Assembly: GCA_965223905.1 (NCBI GenBank)
Contig: CBDCXV010000011.1
Location: 1,632,001 to 1,696,000, forward strand
Length of the DNA: 64,000 nucleotides
Direction: 5' to 3'
DNA from: Candidatus Latescibacterota bacterium
Lineage (GTDB): Bacteria; Latescibacterota; UBA2968; UBA8231
A program made the position numbers and the translations under genes. Shown in pieces: positions 30,560 through 38,629 of the stretch (position 1 is its first letter; each line of letters starts with the position of its first letter). The notes below the pieces were generated by a model. It searched no databases and was not told where the DNA came from. It saw only the letters and a list, made by a program, of their open reading frames with translations.

Positions 30560-32979
30560 TCGCACTGCGGAACCTGATGCGCGACAAGGTGGTGACCGGC
30601 ATCAACATCGTGGGCCTGTCGGTCGCCATCGCAGTCAGCGCAATACTTGGAATTGGCGTGCACGGCATGCTTGCCGCGGATTGGAACCTCCGCGAGGATG
30701 ACCGCCTCTTCCGTGTGGTCACCCGCGAGATCAGAGCTTCGGGTAATGTTCAACTCTCGGCCTGGCATCGCGAGGATCTCGCGCCAGCGCTGGCGGAAAC
30801 ATTTGCCGAGATCGCCAGCACCACGCGCGTCATCAAAACGTATATCCTGATGGAGGTCGGCGAGCGCCATCTCGAATACACAGTGGTCGAAGTTGATCCC
30901 CCGTTCCTGCAAATGTTCCACTACCCATTCGCGGCCGGTAATCCGGCCACGGCGCTGGATGGCCTCGACCAGGTCGTTATTTCCAAGCGGCTGGCCGAGC
31001 AGATGTTCGGGGATGAATTCAGGGACAACCCGGAACTCGTGGGCCGGCAGATCGTCCTGCACGGCAACGAGGGACCGGAGGCCTACACGGTCGCCGGTAT
31101 TTTAGCCGATCTGCCGAAACAGCGAAGCCTGGATTTTGACGCGGCGATCCGCTTTGAGAACCGGACCAGGTACGGCATGGCCAGTTACTGGGGCGCTACG
31201 GCTTCCACCTACATCGCGCTTCACCCTCTTGCCGAGCGGAAGGCGCTCGAAGCGAAGCTCCCGGATTTCTCCCGCGCGTTTATTGCCCCGGACTGGGAAC
31301 GCAACAAAGGCGTTCGCTGGAAGGACGATCCGGATGCCTTCCAACTCGAACTCCAGGACGCGCGGACGATCTACCTCGACTCCCAGGCCCAGACCTATTA
31401 CGGCTATGAAAAATTCCTGCCCATCGAGGGAATTCTCGCCTTCGTCGCCTTGATCGGCGTCATTCTGGCCGTTGCCTGCCTCAACTTCACGACCCTCGCC
31501 GTAGCGGGTTCCATCGGCCGGAGCGCGGAAGTGGGCGTCCGCAAGGCGCTCGGCGCCAACAAGGCGCAAATCGCCATGCAGTTTTTGGGGGAGGGCGTCC
31601 TGCTGGCCTTTTTCTCCCTGATCGCCGGACTGGTCTTGGTGCAGTTGGGGTTGCCCACCTTCAATGCGCAATTTGGGCTTGACGCCTGGTCCGGGCTGGC
31701 CCTCCACGACCTGGGCACCTCGATTATCGTCGGCGGAGGGGTCTTGTTGGTGGTTCTGATCGGCATCGCGGCGGGCAGCTATCCGGCCCTGATAGCGGCG
31801 CGCATGCAGCCCTGGTCTGTCGTCCGCGAGGCCGGGCCGTGGAGAAAAAGCAAAGTGACGGGTGCGCTCCTGACCTTGCAGTACGGCATGGCCCTCCTCC
31901 TGATCTTCTGCACCATCGCCATTCATCAGCAGTTGGCCTACATCCAGTCGCGGAATCTTGGACACGCGGCTGATCAGGTCGTCGTTGTCAAGCTTCGCGG
32001 TGCGGACCCGACGCGGCTCGGCGAACGTTTCAAGGAGGCAACTCTTTCCCAGGCGGGGGTTGCCGGCGTAGCCCTGCTGCAGCGCGAGTTTCCGACCAGC
32101 CTCAGCACCGATCACCTCAGGCTGTCGGAGGGGGAGCGTATCACAGTGCATCATTTTGCCGTTGACCCCGACTTCTTCACGACACTCGGGATCAGCCTCC
32201 TGACCGGCCGCTCTTTTGAGGCCGGACGGCTGGCAGACCGGACGGAAAGTGTCGTCGTCAACCAGAGCCTCGCGGACGCCTTGGGCTGGGGGGAAGATGC
32301 CGTGGGGGAATTCCTGCCGGAGTACGGGGGGTACGGCGTAAGCGGATCGCCTGCAATCATCGGGATCGCACCGGATTTCCACTTCCGCTCCTTCAGGGAG
32401 TCGATCGAGCCCGCCCTGTTCCACTATGGGCCGGAAGCGTCCTTTGAGCGAGCCCTGGTGAGGCTGAATACGCGCGAGGTTGACGACACTCTCGCGGATC
32501 TGGAGCAGATCTGGGAACAGGTGGCACCCGAACAACCCTTTGAGTTCGAGTTTCTGAACCAGACATTTTCCCGTCAGTACGAGGAGGACAAGGAGATCAG
32601 CCGCACTGTTACCCTTGCCTCCGTCGTCGCCATCCTCATCGCCTGCATGGGCTTGTTCGGCCACGCGACCATCGTCCTTCAGCGCCGCACCAGGGAGATC
32701 GGCGTCCGCAAAGTGCTCGGTGCAACGGTGGGAGAGATCCTCTCTCTCCTGTCTCGCGACCTGACGAAAATGGTTGCCCTGGCCTGCCTGTTGGCGTTTC
32801 CGCTGGCCCACTTCCTGGCAGGCCAATGGCTGTCGCAATACGCGTATCAGTTCGGCCTGGGGCTGACGACCTATCTCCTCTGCGGGACGATCGCTTTTGC
32901 GATTGCACTGGGCACGGTGGCGTACGCAGGCTTCCGCGCCGCCCGTGAGAACCCCGCCAATGCGATGCGCTATGAGTAG
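30538..32979 (+). CDS. ABC transporter permease, paralog 4
   Basis: INIVGLS, ACLNFTTL, EVGVRKALGA, RRTREIGVRKVLGA, NPANAMRYE. Confidence 0.93.
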   Translation: MLRSYVVIALRNLMRDKVVTGINIVGLSVAIAVSAILGIGVHGMLAADWNLREDDRLFRVVTREIRASGNVQLSAWHREDLAPALAETFAEIASTTRVIKTYILMEVGERHLEYTVVEVDPPFLQMFHYPFAAGNPATALDGLDQVVISKRLAEQMFGDEFRDNPELVGRQIVLHGNEGPEAYTVAGILADLPKQRSLDFDAAIRFENRTRYGMASYWGATASTYIALHPLAERKALEAKLPDFSRAFIAPDWERNKGVRWKDDPDAFQLELQDARTIYLDSQAQTYYGYEKFLPIEGILAFVALIGVILAVACLNFTTLAVAGSIGRSAEVGVRKALGANKAQIAMQFLGEGVLLAFFSLIAGLVLVQLGLPTFNAQFGLDAWSGLALHDLGTSIIVGGGVLLVVLIGIAAGSYPALIAARMQPWSVVREAGPWRKSKVTGALLTLQYGMALLLIFCTIAIHQQLAYIQSRNLGHAADQVVVVKLRGADPTRLGERFKEATLSQAGVAGVALLQREFPTSLSTDHLRLSEGERITVHHFAVDPDFFTTLGISLLTGRSFEAGRLADRTESVVVNQSLADALGWGEDAVGEFLPEYGGYGVSGSPAIIGIAPDFHFRSFRESIEPALFHYGPEASFERALVRLNTREVDDTLADLEQIWEQVAPEQPFEFEFLNQTFSRQYEEDKEISRTVTLASVVAILIACMGLFGHATIVLQRRTREIGVRKVLGATVGEILSLLSRDLTKMVALACLLAFPLAHFLAGQWLSQYAYQFGLGLTTYLLCGTIAFAIALGTVAYAGFRAARENPANAMRYE

Positions 32980-33037
32980 TCATGGAAAACAAGGCGGTAA
33001 TCGCCAAGAATCCCCGGAAAAGGACAGGAGCATTGCC

Positions 33038-33274
33038 ATGAGCACGCTGAGCGTTCGATTGCCCGACTCACTACACAAGCGGATCAAGAAAATGGCGGAA
33101 GGGGAGGGGATTTCAATGAATCAGTTTATCACCTTGGCAGTGACGGAGAAGATGTCCGCTCTGATGACGGTCGAGTACCTGAAAAGCCGCGCCAGACGAG
33201 GTAACCGGAAAAAGTTCGAGGCTGTTCTGGAAAATGTGCCGGATGTAGAGCCGGAAGTATATGACCAGTTATAA
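33038..33274 (+). CDS. Ribbon-helix-helix antitoxin-like protein (HicB/CopG-like), orphan
   Basis: MSTLSVRLPDSLHKRIKKMAEGEGISMNQFITLAVTEK...VPDVEP; RBS AGGAG. Confidence 0.8.
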   Translation: MSTLSVRLPDSLHKRIKKMAEGEGISMNQFITLAVTEKMSALMTVEYLKSRARRGNRKKFEAVLENVPDVEPEVYDQL

Positions 33275-34110
33275 TGGAGCCTGACCTGCGGGTTATCCTC
33301 ATCATGCCGAATCCCGAAACGAATGCCGACAATCTGCCGCAGATCCCGCTTACGGAAGAACAACGCTTTCTCTTCGATACCCGGGGGTGGCTTCTGATCC
33401 CCGGCGTTCTAAACGAATCGGAGATTCAGGAGATGCGGGAGTTCTGCTACCGGCTAAAACGGGAACCGCGTTCGATTCCCGAGCACCACCGCTATTCCAT
33501 CGGAGGCCCCCTGGAGAGCCTGACCGATCATCCGGCGGTTCTCGGATTCATGAACGAGTTCCTCGCTTCCGGCTACGCCAACGAGAACTGCTATGGATTC
33601 CGGCAGGAAAGCACGTTTGTGACCATCCGCGCGAACGGGCACGACAACTTCCGGCCGCACGGCGGGCACGGGATGCTGAACTTCCCCGGCAACTCCCATA
33701 CCTATCACCTGCACCACGACAAGGCCCACAGCGGTTTGACGCGCGTCGTCTGGGAGCTGAATCCGGTTCGGAAAGGCTGCGGCGGAACCATGTTCCTCAC
33801 CGGCAGCCACAAGGGGGCGTTTCCGGCTCCGCAGTCGACCGCGGATCCCGACTCCCCGTTGTGGGAGGATTACAACTGTCCCGCCGGCTCCCTGCTGTTC
33901 TTCACCGAGGCGATCACACATACCGGGGCCAGGTGGACGGAGGAGAGCGTCGACCGGGTGGCGATCTTCAACTGCTACAACACCGTCGGCAACAAGTGGC
34001 ACAGCTGGGAACCCCATCCGAAACACCTGGACGAGATGCCGTTCCAGCGGCAGACCCTCTTCCGGCCGGTCCACTGTGACAACAACACCCCGACGTTGGA
34101 TACTGCTTAG
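33274..34110 (+). CDS. PhyH-like Fe(II)/2OG oxygenase with a non-canonical HGG motif
   Basis: LTEEQRFLFDTRGWLLIPGVL, GGTMFLTGSHK, AGSLLFFTEAITH. The start may be ATG 33304. Confidence 0.85.
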   Translation: MEPDLRVILIMPNPETNADNLPQIPLTEEQRFLFDTRGWLLIPGVLNESEIQEMREFCYRLKREPRSIPEHHRYSIGGPLESLTDHPAVLGFMNEFLASGYANENCYGFRQESTFVTIRANGHDNFRPHGGHGMLNFPGNSHTYHLHHDKAHSGLTRVVWELNPVRKGCGGTMFLTGSHKGAFPAPQSTADPDSPLWEDYNCPAGSLLFFTEAITHTGARWTEESVDRVAIFNCYNTVGNKWHSWEPHPKHLDEMPFQRQTLFRPVHCDNNTPTLDTA

Positions 34111-34177
34111 GGATTTTGGGCCGCTTTGATTGGCTCGGTGGCATTGGACCGCGAAGAGCAGGAATCGAGTCCTTTGC

Positions 34178-36496
34178 TCACTCTGGATCCCCCTTCCCTG
34201 CCTCCCCGGTTAGTGCCTCGCCCCGCCGGCGCAGCGGGCCGTCCCCGATCACTTCCCGGGCAGCGGGAAACCCCTGGCGATCGCAGCGCATCACCGCGGC
34301 GATGCCGTCGAAGGAGAGATCTCCGAGCTCGTGCGTTCCCTCGAAGGCCGCCGAACAGCAGAGATCTTCCCCGGCGCCGTCCGGTAAGCGCACCCGCAGC
34401 CAGCCGCTGCCGGGCTCCCCTGCGGCCGACACCCGGGGCAGGCGGGAATCCCCGGGGCGCTGCGGCCACAGGACCGTCTGAAAGCAGACCGGGGGCGCGC
34501 CGCGCTGCCGGTAGACGACGCAGGGCGCCGGCACCGGTTGCGGCTGGTCGCCGCAGTACCAGCCCTGCATCGCAGGCTCGGAGCGTCCCTCGACCACCTC
34601 CACCTCGACGCCGTCGGTTGCCGCGGGGAGAATGGCGATGTTCGCCATCCCTTCGCTGGCGGTGCGAACCACGCCGCTCGCCGGGTCCGTGGCCACAGGC
34701 GTCGGGACGAAGTGGAACAGCTGTTCGTAGATATGCTCGCCGCTGCCGGTCAGACGGTCGGTGATCACCCAGTACTCGCAGTCCCCCGGCTCCTTCCCCT
34801 TCACGTAGATGACGCTGCGATGGTGGGCGACCGAGGTGTCGATCGGGCCCTCGTACTTCTCCGGCTCGAATACCGACGACATCGGCTCCCCGAACTGGCC
34901 CGCACCCCACCCGTGGTCGTACTCCCCCTCGAGATAGTCGCAGACCCCGGTGCTCACCCAGGTGTTTCCGAGGGGCTCCTCAACCGTTTTCGGGCCGGTG
35001 ACCAGCCGCATCTGGCTGGCGCCGTCGACGATCACGGTGTTGTGGCCGGGGGTGTTGCCGAACAGGTCGTAGTAGGGGATTTCCGCGGCCTCGCGGGAGT
35101 AGCTGTGGATGCCGAGGTCCTCTATCAGCGAGCGCCCGTACGCGACCACCTCGACCGCGAGCTTGCCCTCGTGGGCGTGCACCTCTCCGAGGGGACCGAC
35201 GTCGAACATCAGGTAGCTGGCCTGCTTCCCCCAGCCACTCCGCATCACCGCCAGACCCTGCCAGGCATACCAGGAGGAGGTGTGGTCCGGAGGAGTGCCG
35301 CGCTCGCCGCTGCTGACGGCGTACTCGAGATCGCCGCGGTCCCGGGGGCCGGCGATGCGGCTGACGTAGTCGCGCGGGGAGCGCCGCTGGCTGTCCCCGG
35401 TCCAGGGGCAGGTGCCGTCCGGCTTGGCGCAGTCGGCGAGGAACTCTGCCCGCTTCAACATCGCCTCCTCCACCTCCCCGGGGTAGGGCCAGCCGTTGTT
35501 CCGCGCCATGTCGACCGCCTCGATCGCCGACATCGAGGCGCCGATGATGTAGCCGAACGAGTTCTCCTTGGAGGTCCCGTCCGGGTAGAAAGCGCCTTCA
35601 CCGAAATAGCCGCCGATCTGCTCCCACCCGAGGGCGCGCCAGTGCCCGGCCCGGCGGAACTCCGGCATGCCGACGCCGAGCCAGAGGATGCCGAGGCCGT
35701 TGTAGAGAAGCTGGTTCCCCGGGGCGGACCCGACTCCCTCCATCGACTCGGCGCAGGTCGTGGCCAGCCAGTAGCGCAGCCGGCACAGGTCCCGCGGCGG
35801 CAGCCCCTCCCAGGACAGGATGAAGGGAATCAGCTGCTGGTAGCAGCGGGCCAGCTGCATGTCGGGAAGCCAGATCCAGTCGCTGCGGCCGCCGACGTAG
35901 TCGAAGTAGTGGTTGAGGATCCTGACCAGCTTGGCGATGTAGGGCTCTTCTGCGGTGGCCCAGTACGCCTGCCCCAGGGCGAAAAGGAAGTATTGATACT
36001 GCAGGCTGAGGGTCCAGCGCCTTCCCAGCCCGTCGCCCGGGGGGACGTGCTCCCAGTTCCACTCCGGCCCGAGATCCTGGACCCCGTCCTCCGGGTGGTA
36101 GACCAGCATCACCTTGTTGGCGAGCAGCAGGTCGGCCAGCTCGACGACGTTGTAGGGGGAAGGGCGGATTCCCTCCAGGAGGTGGGACGTATACCCCTTG
36201 TCGAGGCTGACCAGCTCGCCGCCTCGCTCCCTGTCCCTCCAGGTCAGCTGCCGCGGGGTTTCGGTGAGGAAGTCGAACGCCGCTCGCCGCTCTTGCGGGC
36301 TCCCGCCGCTGTCTATCCAGGGAAGGACCGGGGCCTCGCGCCGGCGCTGGTAGGACAGGTACGCGCTTTCCGCGGCCTCGCCGTCCCCGGCCGCCATGGC
36401 CGCGGCCATCTCCTCCAGGCCGGGATCCGCGGGGTCGAGGAGGCTCCACAGGGCCGCGGGGGAATAGCCGCGGCTCGCGGGCGGTTCCGCGGTCAT
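34178..36496 (-). CDS. Heparinase II/III-like polysaccharide lyase
   Basis: GNQ...NG, FYPDG..KENS.GY, GLAVMRSGW, FDVGP.G..HAH, HNTVIVDG, HHRSV, EQLFHF. Confidence 0.85.
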   Translation of the reverse strand: MTAEPPASRGYSPAALWSLLDPADPGLEEMAAAMAAGDGEAAESAYLSYQRRREAPVLPWIDSGGSPQERRAAFDFLTETPRQLTWRDRERGGELVSLDKGYTSHLLEGIRPSPYNVVELADLLLANKVMLVYHPEDGVQDLGPEWNWEHVPPGDGLGRRWTLSLQYQYFLFALGQAYWATAEEPYIAKLVRILNHYFDYVGGRSDWIWLPDMQLARCYQQLIPFILSWEGLPPRDLCRLRYWLATTCAESMEGVGSAPGNQLLYNGLGILWLGVGMPEFRRAGHWRALGWEQIGGYFGEGAFYPDGTSKENSFGYIIGASMSAIEAVDMARNNGWPYPGEVEEAMLKRAEFLADCAKPDGTCPWTGDSQRRSPRDYVSRIAGPRDRGDLEYAVSSGERGTPPDHTSSWYAWQGLAVMRSGWGKQASYLMFDVGPLGEVHAHEGKLAVEVVAYGRSLIEDLGIHSYSREAAEIPYYDLFGNTPGHNTVIVDGASQMRLVTGPKTVEEPLGNTWVSTGVCDYLEGEYDHGWGAGQFGEPMSSVFEPEKYEGPIDTSVAHHRSVIYVKGKEPGDCEYWVITDRLTGSGEHIYEQLFHFVPTPVATDPASGVVRTASEGMANIAILPAATDGVEVEVVEGRSEPAMQGWYCGDQPQPVPAPCVVYRQRGAPPVCFQTVLWPQRPGDSRLPRVSAAGEPGSGWLRVRLPDGAGEDLCCSAAFEGTHELGDLSFDGIAAVMRCDRQGFPAAREVIGDGPLRRRGEALTGEAGKGDPE

Positions 36497-36872
36497 GTCA
36501 CGGGACCGCGGCCCCTACCTGGCACCGCGGTGCTGCTCTGCGCGGGGAGCGGCAGTCGGGTGAAACGGGCGGCATGCCGCCGGGGGAAGGCGGTAGCAGT
36601 GAATGCCCCGGAAGGGCACGGTCAACCCGAGAGAATTCGTGCTCCTGGCGATGAAGTAAAGCGGCGTGTCGAAGTCGGGGATCTCCGGCAAGGATCACAA
36701 TGGACCTGGATTATCCGGGCTTTTTTCAGACGTGGGAAAGGGCGGTGGCGAACCCGGGATTCCCCCAGGTTGTTTCGCGGTGGACCTGGACAATTCGCGT
36801 TCCTTGCCGCCGCAGGAAGGGCTGCGGTGGTGAACCCGGAATCCGGGAAGGCCGCAACCCCGGAGGGAATCC

Positions 36873-37526
36873 TCAAGGGGATTCCCCGGCGACGGCGTCG
36901 ATGGCGCGCTCGATTTCATCGAGGCCCTCGACGCTGACCCCGTCGAAGTAGCCGCGGATCCGGCGCTGGGGGTCGACGAGGACCATCCGGGGGCTGTGAA
37001 ACAGCGGCTGCGCCTGCGACTCCGGGGGAGACTCGCCGACCCCGAGCTTGAAGCCGGCCTTGCTGAGGTCCCAGATCTCCTCGCGGCCCCCGGTGAGGAA
37101 ACGCCACCTGTCCGGGTCGGCGCCGTACTCCTCTCCGTACCGGCGCAGCACTTCCGGGGTATCGAAACCGGGGTCGACGCTGAAGCTGACCAGGGTGATC
37201 TCCTGCAGCAGGTTCTTCGCCTTCAGCCGTTCCTGCAGCTGCGCCATCGTCGCGGTCTGCAGCGGGCAGGTCGCGGCGCAGCGGGTGAAGATGAAGTTGG
37301 CGACCCAGAGGCCGGAGTCGAGCCGGGCGCTGCCGAACGGGGAAGCGGTATGGTCGGTGAGCGCGAAGTCGGGAACCTTGCCCAGCACCGGAAGGGCCGG
37401 GTCCTCCGCTTTCCCCTGCAGCTCGCGGCCCGCCTGCCCCCCGTCCCCGCAGGCGCAGACCACGAGGGGGATGGCGGCGAAAGCGAGCCGTTTGGCTGTC
37501 AGCTTCAAGAAGGTCCCCGCAGCCAT
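36873..37526 (-). CDS. SCO1/SenC family copper chaperone, lipoprotein-like
   Basis: PDFALTD, FIFTRCAATCP (CxxxC), SFSVDP..DTPEVL, HSPRMVLVD. Start is ATG 37526 or TTG 37508, which overlaps the upstream stop. Confidence 0.9.
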   Translation of the reverse strand: MAAGTFLKLTAKRLAFAAIPLVVCACGDGGQAGRELQGKAEDPALPVLGKVPDFALTDHTASPFGSARLDSGLWVANFIFTRCAATCPLQTATMAQLQERLKAKNLLQEITLVSFSVDPGFDTPEVLRRYGEEYGADPDRWRFLTGGREEIWDLSKAGFKLGVGESPPESQAQPLFHSPRMVLVDPQRRIRGYFDGVSVEGLDEIERAIDAVAGESP

Positions 37527-38629
37527 CTGGCCCGCGATCTCCTGGCGTGAACGTACTGGAAATCGAATCGAGGATCGCGGAAGTACCCGCCCGTTCCGAG
37601 GGCGCGCGGGTACTTCTCGATCGCCTCGTCGACGAGGTCGACGCCCAGCCCCGGTCCGTCGGGAGGGGTCATGTACCCGTCGACCACCTGAGGTTGCGGC
37701 GCCATCACCTCGTAGCGCGCCGGGATGTCGCCGGTGCGGTGCTCCCATATCAGGAAGTTCGGGATCGCCGCGCACAGATGCAGGGAAGCGATCTCCCCTA
37801 CCGGCCCGAGCGAGCCGTCGTGAGGGGCGACCTGAATGTAGTGGGCCTCCGCCATGCCGGCGACCTTCTTCATCTGCGCCAGCCCCCCGAAACGGCCGGC
37901 GTCCGGCTGGATGACGTCGACGATCTCGCGCTCGATCAGCTCGCGCGCCCCGTAGATGTAGGCGAGCCTCTCGCCGGCGGCGAGCGGGATGTCGATCGCC
38001 TCCGACACCCGCGCCATGGCCTCGACGTTTTCCGGGGCGACCGGCTCCTCGTAGAAGAAGAGGCCGTACTCCTCGAGGGCCCGGGCCATCGAGATCGCGT
38101 CGCGCGGCGTCATCCAGGGCATGCCGTGGAGGTCGACCATCAGGTCGATCTCGTCCCCCACCGCGGCGCGGATCTCGGCGACCTGGCGCACGCAGTTCTC
38201 GATGTCCCCCATCTTGAGCCCGGTGTACCCCTGGTCGACGAGCTGGCGCGCCTGTTCGGCGCTGTCGCAGTGGGTGTACACCCGCAGCCTGTCGTGCATC
38301 TTCCCCCCCAGCAGGTTCCACACCGGGGTGTCGAGGGCCTTCCCCTTGATGTCCCACAGCGCCATCTCGATCGCCGACATCGCCGCGGCCCCGGTGACGC
38401 CCGTCATCCCGTGGGTCTGCAGAAACATCCGGCTCCACAGGCGCTCGATGGCGAAGGGGTCCTCCCCGATCACCGCCGCGGCCTTGAGTTGGATCTCCGC
38501 TTCGACGCTCGGCCAGCCGACCGCCTCTCCGACGCCGTGGATCCCGGCGTCGGTGTACACCCGGCAGAACAGGAAGGCCCCCCTGCCCTCCTGCCCCGCG
38601 GTGCAGGTCTTGACCTCGGTAATCTTCAT
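37505..38629 (-). CDS. Mandelate racemase family / galactonate dehydratase-like enzyme
   Basis: MKITEVK, EMALWDIKGKALDTPVWNLLGG, DLH, EEP, GER, APH, PDGPGLGVD. Confidence 0.92.
   Translation of the reverse strand: MKITEVKTCTAGQEGRGAFLFCRVYTDAGIHGVGEAVGWPSVEAEIQLKAAAVIGEDPFAIERLWSRMFLQTHGMTGVTGAAAMSAIEMALWDIKGKALDTPVWNLLGGKMHDRLRVYTHCDSAEQARQLVDQGYTGLKMGDIENCVRQVAEIRAAVGDEIDLMVDLHGMPWMTPRDAISMARALEEYGLFFYEEPVAPENVEAMARVSEAIDIPLAAGERLAYIYGARELIEREIVDVIQPDAGRFGGLAQMKKVAGMAEAHYIQVAPHDGSLGPVGEIASLHLCAAIPNFLIWEHRTGDIPARYEVMAPQPQVVDGYMTPPDGPGLGVDLVDEAIEKYPRALGTGGYFRDPRFDFQYVHARRSRARWLRGPS

Noticed and set aside
36515-36870. Possible riboswitch or small gene upstream of the heparinase-like gene (minus-strand frame LPEIPDFDTPLYFIAR...; repeated GCGGTGGYGAACCCGG)
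   Set aside because: No riboswitch consensus was recognised. The frame is short with no good start or RBS and is at most an unidentifiable gene relic.
34538-36937. Long antisense/alternate-frame ORFs (e.g. 799 aa here; also 39397-41613, 45500-47464, 52762-55092, 61865-63847, 31102-32838)
   Set aside because: They are shadows of well-supported genes on the opposite strand, expected in high-GC DNA, and show no recognisable motifs.
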